Source of the DNA: Trichodesmium erythraeum IMS101
GTDB taxonomy: Bacteria; Cyanobacteriota; Cyanobacteriia; Cyanobacteriales; Microcoleaceae
Direction of reading: 5' to 3'
Assembly (NCBI RefSeq): GCF_000014265.1
Contig: NC_008312.1
Coordinates: forward strand, 930,001 to 962,000
DNA length: 32,000 nt
The notes under the pieces are model-generated. The model saw only the letters and a list, made by a program, of their open reading frames with translations. It made no database searches and was not told the origin of the DNA. Below, piece by piece: positions 10,019 through 19,910 of the stretch; within the stretch, counting starts at the first letter, position 1, and the number at the start of each line of letters is the position of its first letter. Both the position numbers and the translations under genes were made by a program.

Positions 10019-11476
10019 CTATTCCTGAGAATTTTCTACAGTAGCTACTTCCTCTGCCTTTACTTCTACAATAGTTTCACTAGCTTGAGGTATTTCTGAC
10101 TCTACCTCTGTTTCTAAGATTTCTGTAGTTTGAGGTGTTTGTGATTCTGTATGCAAAGTTCCTTCAGGGACTAATTCCACAGTGCCATTTGCTTCTAGCC
10201 ATTTGATAGTTTTTTCTTTCAACAATTCTTGAGTAACTACTTGTCTTAACCTATCTGAATCAAAATCTTTTTCTTTGAGCTGCTTCACTACTTTCTGTGA
10301 CTCTGCTTTTATTTCTTCTTCGTCCACGGTAATAGACTCTCTTTTTGCCACTGTAGCTATGACCAAATCCCTTTTTAATCGCTCAATTGCTTCAGGTCGT
10401 GTACGCTCTTGCATTTCCGGCAATTTCTCACTGCTGAAGAATTCTTTAACATCTATTCCATACTGACTCAAATCCATCGCACTTTGGGCTAACATTTGCT
10501 GAACTTCATTTTTAATTAAAGTTTCTGGAATTTCTACTTCTAGATGAGTCACCAGCTCGTCTATAATAGCCTTTTCCTTATTTTGTTTTGTTTTTTCCTC
10601 TTTTTCTTTAGTAAATTTTTGCTCCAAAAACTCTCGTAATTTGTCTATTGTTTCAAACTCACTAATCTCTTGAGCTAAATCATCATCTAATTCTGGTAAT
10701 TCCTTTTCTTTGAGTTCTTTAAGAGTCACAGTAAATACCACTGGCTTACCGGCTAAATTTGCCTCACTATATTCCGAAGGAAACTGTGCAGAAATTTCCT
10801 TTGTTTCCTGTAACTTCATCCCCACTATTCCCTCAATAAAGCCAGGAATAAATTGTCCTTCTTTTAAATCCATTTGGAAATCTTGAGCCTTACCCCCCGG
10901 CACTTCTTGTGCTTCTTCTCCTTCCGTCTCTGATGGAATTATACCTACAAAATCCACTATGGCCACATCTCCCATCTCAGCAGCTCTTCCTTCTATAGGA
11001 ATTAATGTTCCCATTCGAGAGCGACGTTCTTCAAGAAATTCATCCACAAGGGCTGAGTCATACTTAGCTTCTTCCGCCTGAACCAAGAATCCCTTATAAT
11101 CCTCAACCTTGGCCTCTGGCTCTACATCTACCTTGGCCGAGAAAGCCATTTCTTTTCCTGGTTCAAAATCTTTTACTAACTCTTCAAACTCGGTTTTTAG
11201 TTCAAATTGGCCTATTGCTTTGATGCTTTCTTGTTCCCTTGCTTTTTCTAAGCAATTATTGATTAAGTCATCTAAGGCCATGGCCTTAATATAATTTTTT
11301 CCTAGTCTTTGGATCAAAATGTTTCTAGGTACTTTACCTTTTCTGAAACCAGGAATATTGGCCGAACGGATATATTTCTTAATTATCTGCTCATAAGCAT
11401 TTTTGGACATTTCTGGTGAAATCTCAATTTCTAGACTTATTTGACTAGCTGGTAGTTTTTCCTGAGTAACTTTCAT
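10019..11476 (-). CDS. tig: Trigger factor (ribosome-associated PPIase chaperone), with an acidic C-terminal tail
   Basis: N-terminal ribosome-binding signature GFRKGKVP, a central FKBP-like segment (FIPGFIEGIVGMK), and a 485-aa length with an E/T-rich tail. Confidence 0.95.
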   Translation of the reverse strand: MKVTQEKLPASQISLEIEISPEMSKNAYEQIIKKYIRSANIPGFRKGKVPRNILIQRLGKNYIKAMALDDLINNCLEKAREQESIKAIGQFELKTEFEELVKDFEPGKEMAFSAKVDVEPEAKVEDYKGFLVQAEEAKYDSALVDEFLEERRSRMGTLIPIEGRAAEMGDVAIVDFVGIIPSETEGEEAQEVPGGKAQDFQMDLKEGQFIPGFIEGIVGMKLQETKEISAQFPSEYSEANLAGKPVVFTVTLKELKEKELPELDDDLAQEISEFETIDKLREFLEQKFTKEKEEKTKQNKEKAIIDELVTHLEVEIPETLIKNEVQQMLAQSAMDLSQYGIDVKEFFSSEKLPEMQERTRPEAIERLKRDLVIATVAKRESITVDEEEIKAESQKVVKQLKEKDFDSDRLRQVVTQELLKEKTIKWLEANGTVELVPEGTLHTESQTPQTTEILETEVESEIPQASETIVEVKAEEVATVENSQE

Positions 11477-11922
11477 CGGCTTTTATAATTTTAGTAAGTA
11501 CTATAGGTTATGATTTTTTTTAAGCTATATGAATATCTATTGCTTAGGTAGTTTAGTATTTCCCTTTATTTATTTGTGCATATTATTATATTATTCCTCC
11601 ATATTGGTCATTAAAACTTTAATCTTAGGACTTTTTTAACTTTATTTTTGTTGAGCAGAGTCAGTTTAAATGTTGTGTGTAAGTTATGGCAAGTATGATA
11701 AATAATATATGTAATATCAATTTCCTTAAATATAACTACACATTATGCTCAAGAATGAAATCATAATAATCTTATTAAGATTAAGTAATGTAGCCTAAGT
11801 TTATGAAATTGGTATAAATGTCACTAAAAATAGACATTTTGTAGCAAAATCTCATCAAGATATTTTTTCAATAGTTCAGTCCTGATAACCTTTTGTCCAT
11901 AGCATTTTAAAGTGTGTATAGT

Positions 11923-12069
11923 AATCCTATTTTTATGTAGTCCCAAATATTGCAATTTTGACAGGAATAGGGAATAGGAATCTGGACCATGGGCAAGAGT
12001 TTCAGAACTCATTTCTAGTTTTAGCAATTTTGAAAACCCAATGATAGGATTGCTATATAAAACTAACTT
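11923..12069 (+). repeat. Tandem module copy 1 (~147 nt) in the tig-asd divergent spacer
   Basis: It shares ordered blocks with 12295-12432: cctatt-tta-gtag, aaatattg, aatctgg, atttctagtt, attttga(a/c)aacc, (g/a)gattgctata, taactt. Confidence 0.65.
12030..12059 (+). promoter_or_regulatory. Candidate sigma70-type promoter at the 3' end of module copy 1 (TTGAAA-18 nt-TATATA)
   Basis: ttgaaa at 12030-12035, an 18-nt spacer, and tatata at 12054-12059. The position is homologous to the stronger promoter-like site in copy 2. Confidence 0.3.
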
Positions 12070-12294
12070 CCATCTAAAAAGAAGTATTGCCCTCTAAAAA
12101 AGTCCGGGAAATTAATGGCAAACAACCTGTTTCATTTCTCAAATATCTGGTAAGCATTCTTGGTTAGATTAGTTGAGAGATATACTATACCCCTAAAAAA
12201 AATCATAATAATATATTATTATGATTATAAATTCTGTTGATTTTATATAATAATTATAGGTTGAGGTTGATATATGCTTAAATCCTTAAATAGA

Positions 12295-12432
12295 AACCCT
12301 ATTCTTAGGTAGCTCAAAATATTGTATGTTTTGGTAAAGAGGAAATAGTAATCTGGGCAATAGTTTTGGAGTTTATTTCTAGTTGTTTGATTTTGACAAC
12401 CGTTTGATTAGATTGCTATAATATAATTAACT
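12295..12432 (+). repeat. Tandem module copy 2 (~138 nt)
   Basis: Alignable by eye along its whole length with 11923-12069, in the same orientation, 372 nt start to start. Confidence 0.65.
12393..12422 (+). promoter_or_regulatory. Candidate near-consensus sigma70-type promoter at the 3' end of module copy 2 (TTGACA-18 nt-TATAAT)
   Basis: ttgaca at 12393-12398, an 18-nt spacer, and tataat at 12417-12422. Both hexamers are perfect consensus. It points toward asd, 730 nt downstream. Confidence 0.4.
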
Positions 12433-13155
12433 TATTGATTGATCAGCTAAAAGATTGTAAAAACTGCTTCTGTATCTAAATAAAATTGTGGCTCTTGAGA
12501 AGAGAATCGTTAAAATCAATTCTGTCTGAGGCAGCAGAGTTTTTTTTAAACTTATTTATCGAGTACTCTAATAGATATTTTATTCAATCCATTAAAAACT
12601 TAATATTAATAAGTTAGATATGATGTCGTGTCATTAAAAAAAATGCACTTCATGGGGTAAGGTAAGATAGATTGATTTTTTAGGTATAAAGCAAGAAATA
12701 AGTACATAAGACATAGATGAAAATTTTGCTTGTATTTGAACTTGATTAAAACATGAAATATATATTATCAATAAGCAACTCTAAAAATAAACTTCTGAAA
12801 AAGAATATAGCATGATGGGTAAAGTGGAAATAATTATTATAGAATAATCTAATAATTATTAGAAGTGAGTATAGTTGATAAATATATATCAGTAAAAAAA
12901 TGAAAATTTAAGGTAAAAATTAGTCGAAAAAATTGAGATTGACAGCAATTTTATTTGAGTTGCGTAAAAAAGTAGGCTAGTTTGAGGAAATACCCAATAT
13001 TTAAGAAGATTTGCTAGAATTTTAACTGTAATTACATAATCAACTCTTATATGAAATATAATTTTAAAATCTTATATAAAAAATTATTATATTTAGTTAA
13101 AAACTCTAGATTAAAATAAAACTGTTTAAAATTTAAACTAAAGGAGGAAAATAAT

Positions 13156-14193
13156 TTGTCAGATTCATACAGAGTAGCAATATTAGGAGCAACTGGTGCA
13201 GTAGGTACGGAATTACTAGAATTACTGGAAACTCGGAACTTTCCAGTAGGAGAATTAAAACTCTTAGCTTCAGAATTTTCAGCGGGTAAGACCTTAAAAT
13301 TTAAGGAACAAAGTTTACAAGTAGAAGCTGTAACAAATGATTCATTTAATAAAGTAGATTTAGTGCTAGCATCAGCAGGTGCATCTGTATCAAAAGTATG
13401 GGCAAAGAAAGCAGTAGAGGCTGGAGCTGTAGTTATTGACAATTCTAGTGCTTTTCGTATGGACTCCCAAGTACCTCTTGTAGTCCCAGAAGTTAACCCA
13501 GAAGCAGCGGCTTTACATAAAGGTATAGTTGCTAACCCTAACTGCACAACAATATTAATGAGTGTAGCAGTGTGGCCATTGCACAAAATCCAGCCAGTCC
13601 AAAGGTTAGTAGTGGCCACTTATCAATCAGCAAGTGGGGCCGGGTCAAGGGCTATGGCAGAAATGAAAATTCAGGCCCAAGAAATCTTAGATGGAAAAAC
13701 TCCAACAACAGATATTTTTCCCTACCCATTAGCATTTAATTTGTTCCCTCATAATTCTCAACTCAATGAGCAGGGATATTGTCAAGAAGAAATGAAAATG
13801 CTTGATGAAACCAGAAAAATATTTGGCTCTAAGGAACTGAGAATTACAGCAACTTGTATTCGAGTACCAGTATTAAGAGCTCATTCAGAAGCAATTAATT
13901 TGGAATTTGCTGAACCATTTAGTGTAGTTAAAGCACGGGAAGTATTAAGTCAAGCACCAGGAGTGACACTGGTAGAAAATTGGCAAGAAAATTATTTTCC
14001 TATGCCTATGGTTGCAAGTGGTAAAGATGATGTATTGGTGGGGAGAATTCGTCAGGATATTTCTCAAGCTGAGGGGTTAGAATTATGGTTAAGTGGAGAC
14101 CAGGTAAGAAAAGGAGCTGCCTTGAATGCAGTACAAATAGCTGAATTATTGGTGGCAAAAAATTGGCTGAGAATACCAGTAGGAACATTTTAA
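13156..14193 (+). CDS. asd: Aspartate-semialdehyde dehydrogenase
   Basis: Rossmann motif ILGATGAVG, active-site context NPNCTT, 345 aa. TTG start 8 nt after a perfect aaggagg RBS. Confidence 0.95.
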   Translation: MSDSYRVAILGATGAVGTELLELLETRNFPVGELKLLASEFSAGKTLKFKEQSLQVEAVTNDSFNKVDLVLASAGASVSKVWAKKAVEAGAVVIDNSSAFRMDSQVPLVVPEVNPEAAALHKGIVANPNCTTILMSVAVWPLHKIQPVQRLVVATYQSASGAGSRAMAEMKIQAQEILDGKTPTTDIFPYPLAFNLFPHNSQLNEQGYCQEEMKMLDETRKIFGSKELRITATCIRVPVLRAHSEAINLEFAEPFSVVKAREVLSQAPGVTLVENWQENYFPMPMVASGKDDVLVGRIRQDISQAEGLELWLSGDQVRKGAALNAVQIAELLVAKNWLRIPVGTF

Positions 14194-14658
14194 TTCAGTA
14201 TGCTAAAAAAAACAAAAAGGGGTCATAATTGAGTGCCAATTTCTGATTTTTTATATAGATGGAATAGGTATACTGAAGAAAGTGATAACTTGAGGAGAAT
14301 TATCCCAAGGTTACTTATGATCAAGTCCTGATTAAAGCTTAAATTCCAAGCTTTCTTAAAAGCTTAAGTTACGACCTACTAAAGTAGAATTAACTCTAGG
14401 GTTAGAGAAAAAAATTTTGGCAGTACAGACTGTAAGGTGATATGAATCTAAAAAAAAATTAGGTCTATAACGTAAATACGGTTCATTAGTATATTTTTTT
14501 GCAGTTCTGTAACCTGAAGAGCTACTCTCATGTTTTGATACCATAATAGTTTTGGCCTTATCTGAAGCGTATTAGTCCATAGTCCATCAATAACCCGAAA
14601 AACTAAAAATACTAAGCAAAAAAAATCTAAATAATGCCGATCAAGGAGTGGAAATAGT

Positions 14659-15549
14659 GTGGTAAACTTTGGTAGTGTTCTGACTGCAATGATTACACCG
14701 TTTAATCTAGACGGTAGTGTTAACTATGAAGAAACAGAAAAGTTATCAATATGGTTGACAGAAAATGGAACAGACTCATTAGTGGTATGTGGAACAACAG
14801 GTGAGTCTCCGAGTCTGACATGGGAAGAAGAATATGAGTTATTTCAAGTAGTTCAAAAAGCAGTGGGAGGAAAAGCTAAAGTTATAGCAGGTACTGGGTC
14901 AAATTCAACAAAAGAGGCGATCACAGCTACTGAAAAAGCAGCTAAATTGGGTTTAGGAGGTTCATTACAGGTGGTACCATATTACAATAAACCACCACAG
15001 TCAGGACTTTATCGGCATTTTCAAGCGATCGCTCAAGCCACGCCAGATTTCCCAATCATAATATATAATATACCAGGGCGTACAGGTAAAAACATGGAGC
15101 CAGAAACTGTAGCTAGACTGGCGGAAATTCCAAATATTGTCGCTATTAAAGAAGCAAGTGGCAACTTAGACCAAGTAAGTCAGATTAGAAACTTGACGGC
15201 ACCAGAGTTTAAGATTTATTCTGGAGATGACTACCTAACTCTACCATTAATGGCTATAGGTGGCAATGGGGTTGTTAGTGTAGCTAGTCACCTGGTAGGA
15301 AATAAACTACAGGAGATGATAGTAGCGTTTAAAACAGGTGAAGTACAGCGTGCGACAAAAATTCATTTAGAACTATTCAATTTATCTAGAACTCTATTTG
15401 CCACAACTAATCCCATTCCTATAAAGGAAGCTATGAATATGTTGGGATGGAATGTAGGTAAGACTCGCCTTCCATTATGCGATCCACCAGCAGAGATTAC
15501 TGAAAAATTAAGGGTAGAAATGGATAAATTAGGTCTATTAGCCAGATAG
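14659..15549 (+). CDS. dapA: 4-hydroxy-tetrahydrodipicolinate synthase
   Basis: TAMITPF, GTTGES, YYNKP, and the Schiff-base lysine context [12 protein letters not shown] start 10 nt after an aaggag RBS. Confidence 0.95.
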   Translation: MVNFGSVLTAMITPFNLDGSVNYEETEKLSIWLTENGTDSLVVCGTTGESPSLTWEEEYELFQVVQKAVGGKAKVIAGTGSNSTKEAITATEKAAKLGLGGSLQVVPYYNKPPQSGLYRHFQAIAQATPDFPIIIYNIPGRTGKNMEPETVARLAEIPNIVAIKEASGNLDQVSQIRNLTAPEFKIYSGDDYLTLPLMAIGGNGVVSVASHLVGNKLQEMIVAFKTGEVQRATKIHLELFNLSRTLFATTNPIPIKEAMNMLGWNVGKTRLPLCDPPAEITEKLRVEMDKLGLLAR

Positions 15550-15799
15550 TTTCATAGACAAAAGATGATGACCATAACTAATATATTTATATTATTGATA
15601 TATTTGTATTATCGAATTAACTCTGACTTTTGAGTTTATGGTTCCAGCAACAACTTGAGAAATGATTACTGAATACTTATTGTTATTACGAAAATATTGT
15701 GTATAAGAGGTTAGTTTTCCTAAATTTTAATAGGTATAAAGTATAATTAATAATTACTCAAAATCAAAAAAAGTAAAGAAAAATAAAAATAGGATAATT

Positions 15800-17590
15800 A
15801 TGATTAGAAAAAAATCATCCTCTGCCTTAAAAATTATTCCCCTTGGTGGATTGCATGAGATAGGCAAAAATACTTGTATATTCGAGTACGATGACGAAAT
15901 TATTATACTTGATGCGGGATTAGCTTTTCCCACAGATGGAATGCACGGTGTAAATATAGTTTTACCAGATGTAACCTATCTGTATGAAAATCGTCATAAA
16001 ATTAAAGGCATGATTGTCACTCACGGTCACGAAGATCATATTGGTGGCATACCTTTCCATTTGAAAAATATGGAAATTCCAGTCATCTATGGACCAAAAC
16101 TGGCGATGGCTCTACTTTACCATAAATTAGAGGAGGCAGGAGTTCAAAATCGTACAGAGTTGAAGACTGTTTGCCCCCGTGACATTGTTAAATTGGGTAG
16201 ATATTTCATTATAGAATATATTCGTAATACTCACTCAATGGCGGATAGCTTTACTGTAGCAATCACAACACCAGTGGGAGTAGTTATCCATACAGGTGAC
16301 TTCAAAATTGACCATACTCCTGTAGATGGAGAAAAGTTCGATCTGCAAAAACTTGCGGAATATGGAGAGAAAGGAGTTCACTGCCTAATTAGTGACTCTA
16401 CAAATTCAGAAGTACCAGGTTTCACTCCTTCAGAAAAATCGGTTTATCCAAGTCTAGACCGAGTATTGTCTGAAGCAGCAGGACGTGTGATGCTGACAAC
16501 TTTTGCCTCTAGTGTACATAGACTACAAATAGTTTTGGAGCTAGCAAAAAAACATGGTAGGTTAGTGGCAATAGTAGGACGATCTATGCTGAATGTGATT
16601 GCTCATGCTCGCAATCTGGGTTACATTAAGTGTGAAGATAGTTTGTTTGTACCTTTGCATACTGTCCGAAGTGTGCCTGATGAAAAATTGTTTATTTTGA
16701 CTACGGGTTCTCAGGGGGAACCAATGTCAGCACTTACTCGTATTGCTAAAGGTGAACATAGGCAAATAAAAATTCGCCAAGGTGATACAGTGATATTCTC
16801 TGCAAATCCTATCCCTGGTAATACGATCGCTGTTGTCAATACTATAGATAAACTAATGATGCTAGGAGCAAATGTTGTTTATGGAAAAGACAAAGGCATT
16901 CATGTTTCTGGTCACGGTTGTCAGGAAGATCAAAAATTAATGTTAGCCCTAACTCGTCCGAAATTTTTTATACCATTTCATGGAGAGCATAGGATGTTGG
17001 TGAAACACAGCCAGACGGCTCAAGGTATGGGAGTTCCGCGAGAGAACATGGTTGTGATTCAAAATGGAGATGTGGTGGAACTGACTCAAGATTCTATTTA
17101 TGTTGCAGATAAAGTATCTTCTGGTATTGAATTGCTAGACTCTTCCCGTTCTGGTATGGTTGAAGACAAGATTCTCAAGGAACGCCAACAACTAGCAGAG
17201 GATGGTGTTGTTACTATAGCCCTGGCAGTTGGTTTGAATGGTAAATTGATTGGTCAACCTCAGTTACATTTGCGTGGTGTTGTGAGTTCTGTGGACAAAG
17301 TAGAGTTGCAAGAACTGGTGATTAGGGTATTAGAGAAAGAGTTGAGTTCTTACTGGTCTGAGTATGTTAACTCTAATGGTCATGACAATACTCAAGTTGA
17401 TTGGTCTAGGTTGCAAGATCAGCTTGAATGTAGTGTTCAGAGAATGTTAAGACGAGAGTTTCAAGGTCAACCCTTATTGGTTTTCTTGATGCAAACTCCA
17501 GATGCGGAAGGTCAAGAACGTGAAACAGATATTAAAGTGAAACCTGTGGGAAGACGGCGACGGAGATCTACTGCTAAGGTAGCATCTTGA
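15800..17590 (+). CDS. rnj: Ribonuclease J (metallo-beta-lactamase / beta-CASP family)
   Basis: LGGLHEIGKN, metal-binding motif HGHEDHIGG, beta-CASP region, and conserved placement after asd-dapA. 596 aa with a basic C-terminal tail (GRRRRRS). Confidence 0.9.
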   Translation: MIRKKSSSALKIIPLGGLHEIGKNTCIFEYDDEIIILDAGLAFPTDGMHGVNIVLPDVTYLYENRHKIKGMIVTHGHEDHIGGIPFHLKNMEIPVIYGPKLAMALLYHKLEEAGVQNRTELKTVCPRDIVKLGRYFIIEYIRNTHSMADSFTVAITTPVGVVIHTGDFKIDHTPVDGEKFDLQKLAEYGEKGVHCLISDSTNSEVPGFTPSEKSVYPSLDRVLSEAAGRVMLTTFASSVHRLQIVLELAKKHGRLVAIVGRSMLNVIAHARNLGYIKCEDSLFVPLHTVRSVPDEKLFILTTGSQGEPMSALTRIAKGEHRQIKIRQGDTVIFSANPIPGNTIAVVNTIDKLMMLGANVVYGKDKGIHVSGHGCQEDQKLMLALTRPKFFIPFHGEHRMLVKHSQTAQGMGVPRENMVVIQNGDVVELTQDSIYVADKVSSGIELLDSSRSGMVEDKILKERQQLAEDGVVTIALAVGLNGKLIGQPQLHLRGVVSSVDKVELQELVIRVLEKELSSYWSEYVNSNGHDNTQVDWSRLQDQLECSVQRMLRREFQGQPLLVFLMQTPDAEGQERETDIKVKPVGRRRRRSTAKVAS

Positions 17591-17683
17591 GTGCTTTGAA
17601 GTCAAAACTCATCCATTCAAAGGTCAAAAGTAAGGTTTTTGATGGATGAAAACTTTGATAATAGTAGGAAGTTCTAATGGAGA

Positions 17684-17709
17684 GGGAAAAATCTTTTTCC
17701 CTTTTTTTT
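17684..17709 (+). terminator. Rho-independent terminator of rnj
   Basis: gggaaaa-atct-ttttccc stem-loop at 17684-17701, followed directly by 8 T (17702-17709), about 95 nt after the rnj stop. Confidence 0.65.
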
Positions 17710-17924
17710 ATGTTTACTCTTTCTTATTTCTTCCCTCTGGCTTTGAGCTTTTATATGGTTTCTGGTTGAATACTTACAGTTTCAAGGTTTTTGGCTGGAG
17801 GTCAGGATATAAAGTCAATATAAATTATTGGATGAGGCTATGATAAGGGCACAGTTTATTAGAAATAAGGCTGTAAGGTATTGGAGCAACAACGAAGAGG
17901 TAAATAAGTCACAGTTTGACTTGG

Positions 17925-19313
17925 TTATTGCTGTAGCAAATATTCTTGAAAAATCGGTTTGACGACGAATAGAGTCGATTTTTGCACTTCAATTTTTTCT
18001 AGTAGCGATCGCTTTCCTAAAGACATAATGGCATTCAAAATATTGGAATAGGAGCGATCGCTTCCCTCCTGCAACCAAGATATGGAAACTGGTTCTTTTT
18101 GATGGCTAATTTGTAGTAAAATTTGACTCTCTAATTCCGATAGCCGACTTAAATGTTGTTTTAAGATAACTGTCAATTCTTCTGCTAAAAATAGAGGTTT
18201 GTACTGCAAATATTCTCCTACCCTGCCACCAAATAAATCTTTGATACCTGTTGCTGTAATTTTTAACCAGTGGGGGTTGCCTCCATAAATATTGATTAAT
18301 TCGGACCATTTTTCTTGATCTAATAAATCTGCTTGTTGTAAAATTTTATTGGCGGCTTTTCCCAAACCTTCTAGTTGTAAGTAGGAAACAGGAGCATTTT
18401 TATTTTTTAAATTGAGAATTTCTAGGGGTAATTCCCAGGTATTGAAAATTATACAGCTTTGATGGGATAGTTCAGCAATGGTTTCAAACAGGTTTTTATA
18501 ACTTTCGTATCCCGGTTGATAATGACCAACTAATTTATCTTTTTCTAAAACTTGATGGAGGTCATCTAATATGATTAAACAGCGGTTATTTCGTAAGTAT
18601 TCTATTATTAAAGATAGTTGCTCTTCTTCTTTTTGATTTTTGCGACTTTGGAAAGTTTGATCAAAAAATTGAATTAAAGATTTGAGGGTAGTTTCTGGAG
18701 TCGGGGCACCGCGAAGACTCCGCCATATTATATGGTCGAATTCATCTTCTATTTGGGATAGTAATTGAAGGGCGATCGCTGTTTTCCCTATGCCGCTAAT
18801 TCCGGAAATGGCTACTAGACGACTCCGTTTTTTGAGGAGCAGGTTTTTTAGGGTAGCCAGTTCTGCGGGGCGATCGCAATCATATTCTAGGTCTGGTGCT
18901 TCGGAGCGATCTATATGGGGTTTGCTGTTATTTGGGGGTTGAAAGCGATCGCTCTGTTGTTGCTTGATAACTGCTGGTCGATATGAGGTGTTTCCGCAGA
19001 CGCTGACATGACTGATATGTGGGATATCTCTGAAATGTGAGATATTTGAAACTCGCCACCTTTGGAATGTCGAACGCAAATTTGATTTATTTATTTGTTT
19101 TCCATCTCCTAAACTTTGTGAGAGTGTTTTCCACAAGAGAGAAGCAACCTTTTTTACATGAACCTCAGTACAATGATAGGACTTAGCGATATGGGAGTAT
19201 TTTTCACGTTCCCAGGTGCCACACAAAATAGCTTTTTGGAGGTCGTCTAAAGGTTTTCCAGTGTGGGCCAAAACCTGCTGCTCTGCCCAAGTTAATAATT
19301 CTTGGAATTCCAT
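17925..19313 (-). CDS. STAND NTPase: N-terminal sigma70-region-4/LuxR-like HTH module + NB-ARC-type P-loop ATPase + winged-helix region, with no C-terminal repeat sensor
   Basis: aa 1-85 (LDDLQKAILCGTWEREKYSHIAKSYHCTEVHVKKVASLLWKTLSQSLG) resemble the HTH module commonly fused to cyanobacterial WD40/STAND proteins. Walker A is GISGIGKT (aa 171-178) and Walker B is CLIILDD (aa 245-251). The ORF ends at aa 462 without WD40/TPR repeats. Confidence 0.8.
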   Translation of the reverse strand: MEFQELLTWAEQQVLAHTGKPLDDLQKAILCGTWEREKYSHIAKSYHCTEVHVKKVASLLWKTLSQSLGDGKQINKSNLRSTFQRWRVSNISHFRDIPHISHVSVCGNTSYRPAVIKQQQSDRFQPPNNSKPHIDRSEAPDLEYDCDRPAELATLKNLLLKKRSRLVAISGISGIGKTAIALQLLSQIEDEFDHIIWRSLRGAPTPETTLKSLIQFFDQTFQSRKNQKEEEQLSLIIEYLRNNRCLIILDDLHQVLEKDKLVGHYQPGYESYKNLFETIAELSHQSCIIFNTWELPLEILNLKNKNAPVSYLQLEGLGKAANKILQQADLLDQEKWSELINIYGGNPHWLKITATGIKDLFGGRVGEYLQYKPLFLAEELTVILKQHLSRLSELESQILLQISHQKEPVSISWLQEGSDRSYSNILNAIMSLGKRSLLEKIEVQKSTLFVVKPIFQEYLLQQ

Positions 19314-19910
19314 AAGAGTTTAGTGAGTCTGGTAGATGTGGTGGATGAGATTACTATATCCTACTTTATGCTACCTTCGACAACTGTAGCAATTTTTAAA
19401 GATCTTAGGCAAGACTTATACTAATTTAATCAGTAAATTTTCTGACAAGACTTATCAAATTAATACTAACTGGGGTGCTCATGATCAAAGTTGTTTATTT
19501 AAATGGAAAAAATGAAAATAATACAAGGGCATAAAAGTTGAAATTGTTTGTTTATTTGGAAAGTTTAAAGTTTGGATAAACTTAGTTTTTCCTATTTGTT
19601 AAGTAAACTGATATGACCGTTTCCTTAAACATAACTTTTTCCTGCTTAGTAGGGCAAAACTCAACCTCATAAATTACCTACTAAATCCAACTTTATTCTA
19701 CTGACAATATTAAGTTTTACCAATAAAATGCTTAACTAAACTGTGTAACAAGTATTTTACTTTTGCGCGAGTTAGTGTTTCTAAGTAGCAGGTAAAAATT
19801 AATTATACACCCTAAGACACAATAAATATGTTCTCCAGGTAATTTAACGTGTAAATCTTTTTGTCTACCTACTTATTAACAAATTGCCAACAAAATAGAT
19901 AGGGGAAACT

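Noticed and set aside
10275-11294. Plus-strand ORFs at 10275-10466 and 11109-11294
   Set aside because: They are antisense shadows inside tig. The same reasoning applies to 7672-7863 (inside clpX), 4996-5199 (inside the serine hydrolase gene), 14006-14188 (inside asd), 18106-18309 (alternate frame inside the STAND gene), 22814-23035 (inside the S51 gene) and 31560-31757 (antisense to the DUF262 gene).
13047-13619. 190-aa minus-strand ORF overlapping the asd start region
   Set aside because: It is antisense to a very well supported asd gene (Rossmann motif, RBS). It has an A/S/T-rich shadow composition and extends into a pure AT spacer.
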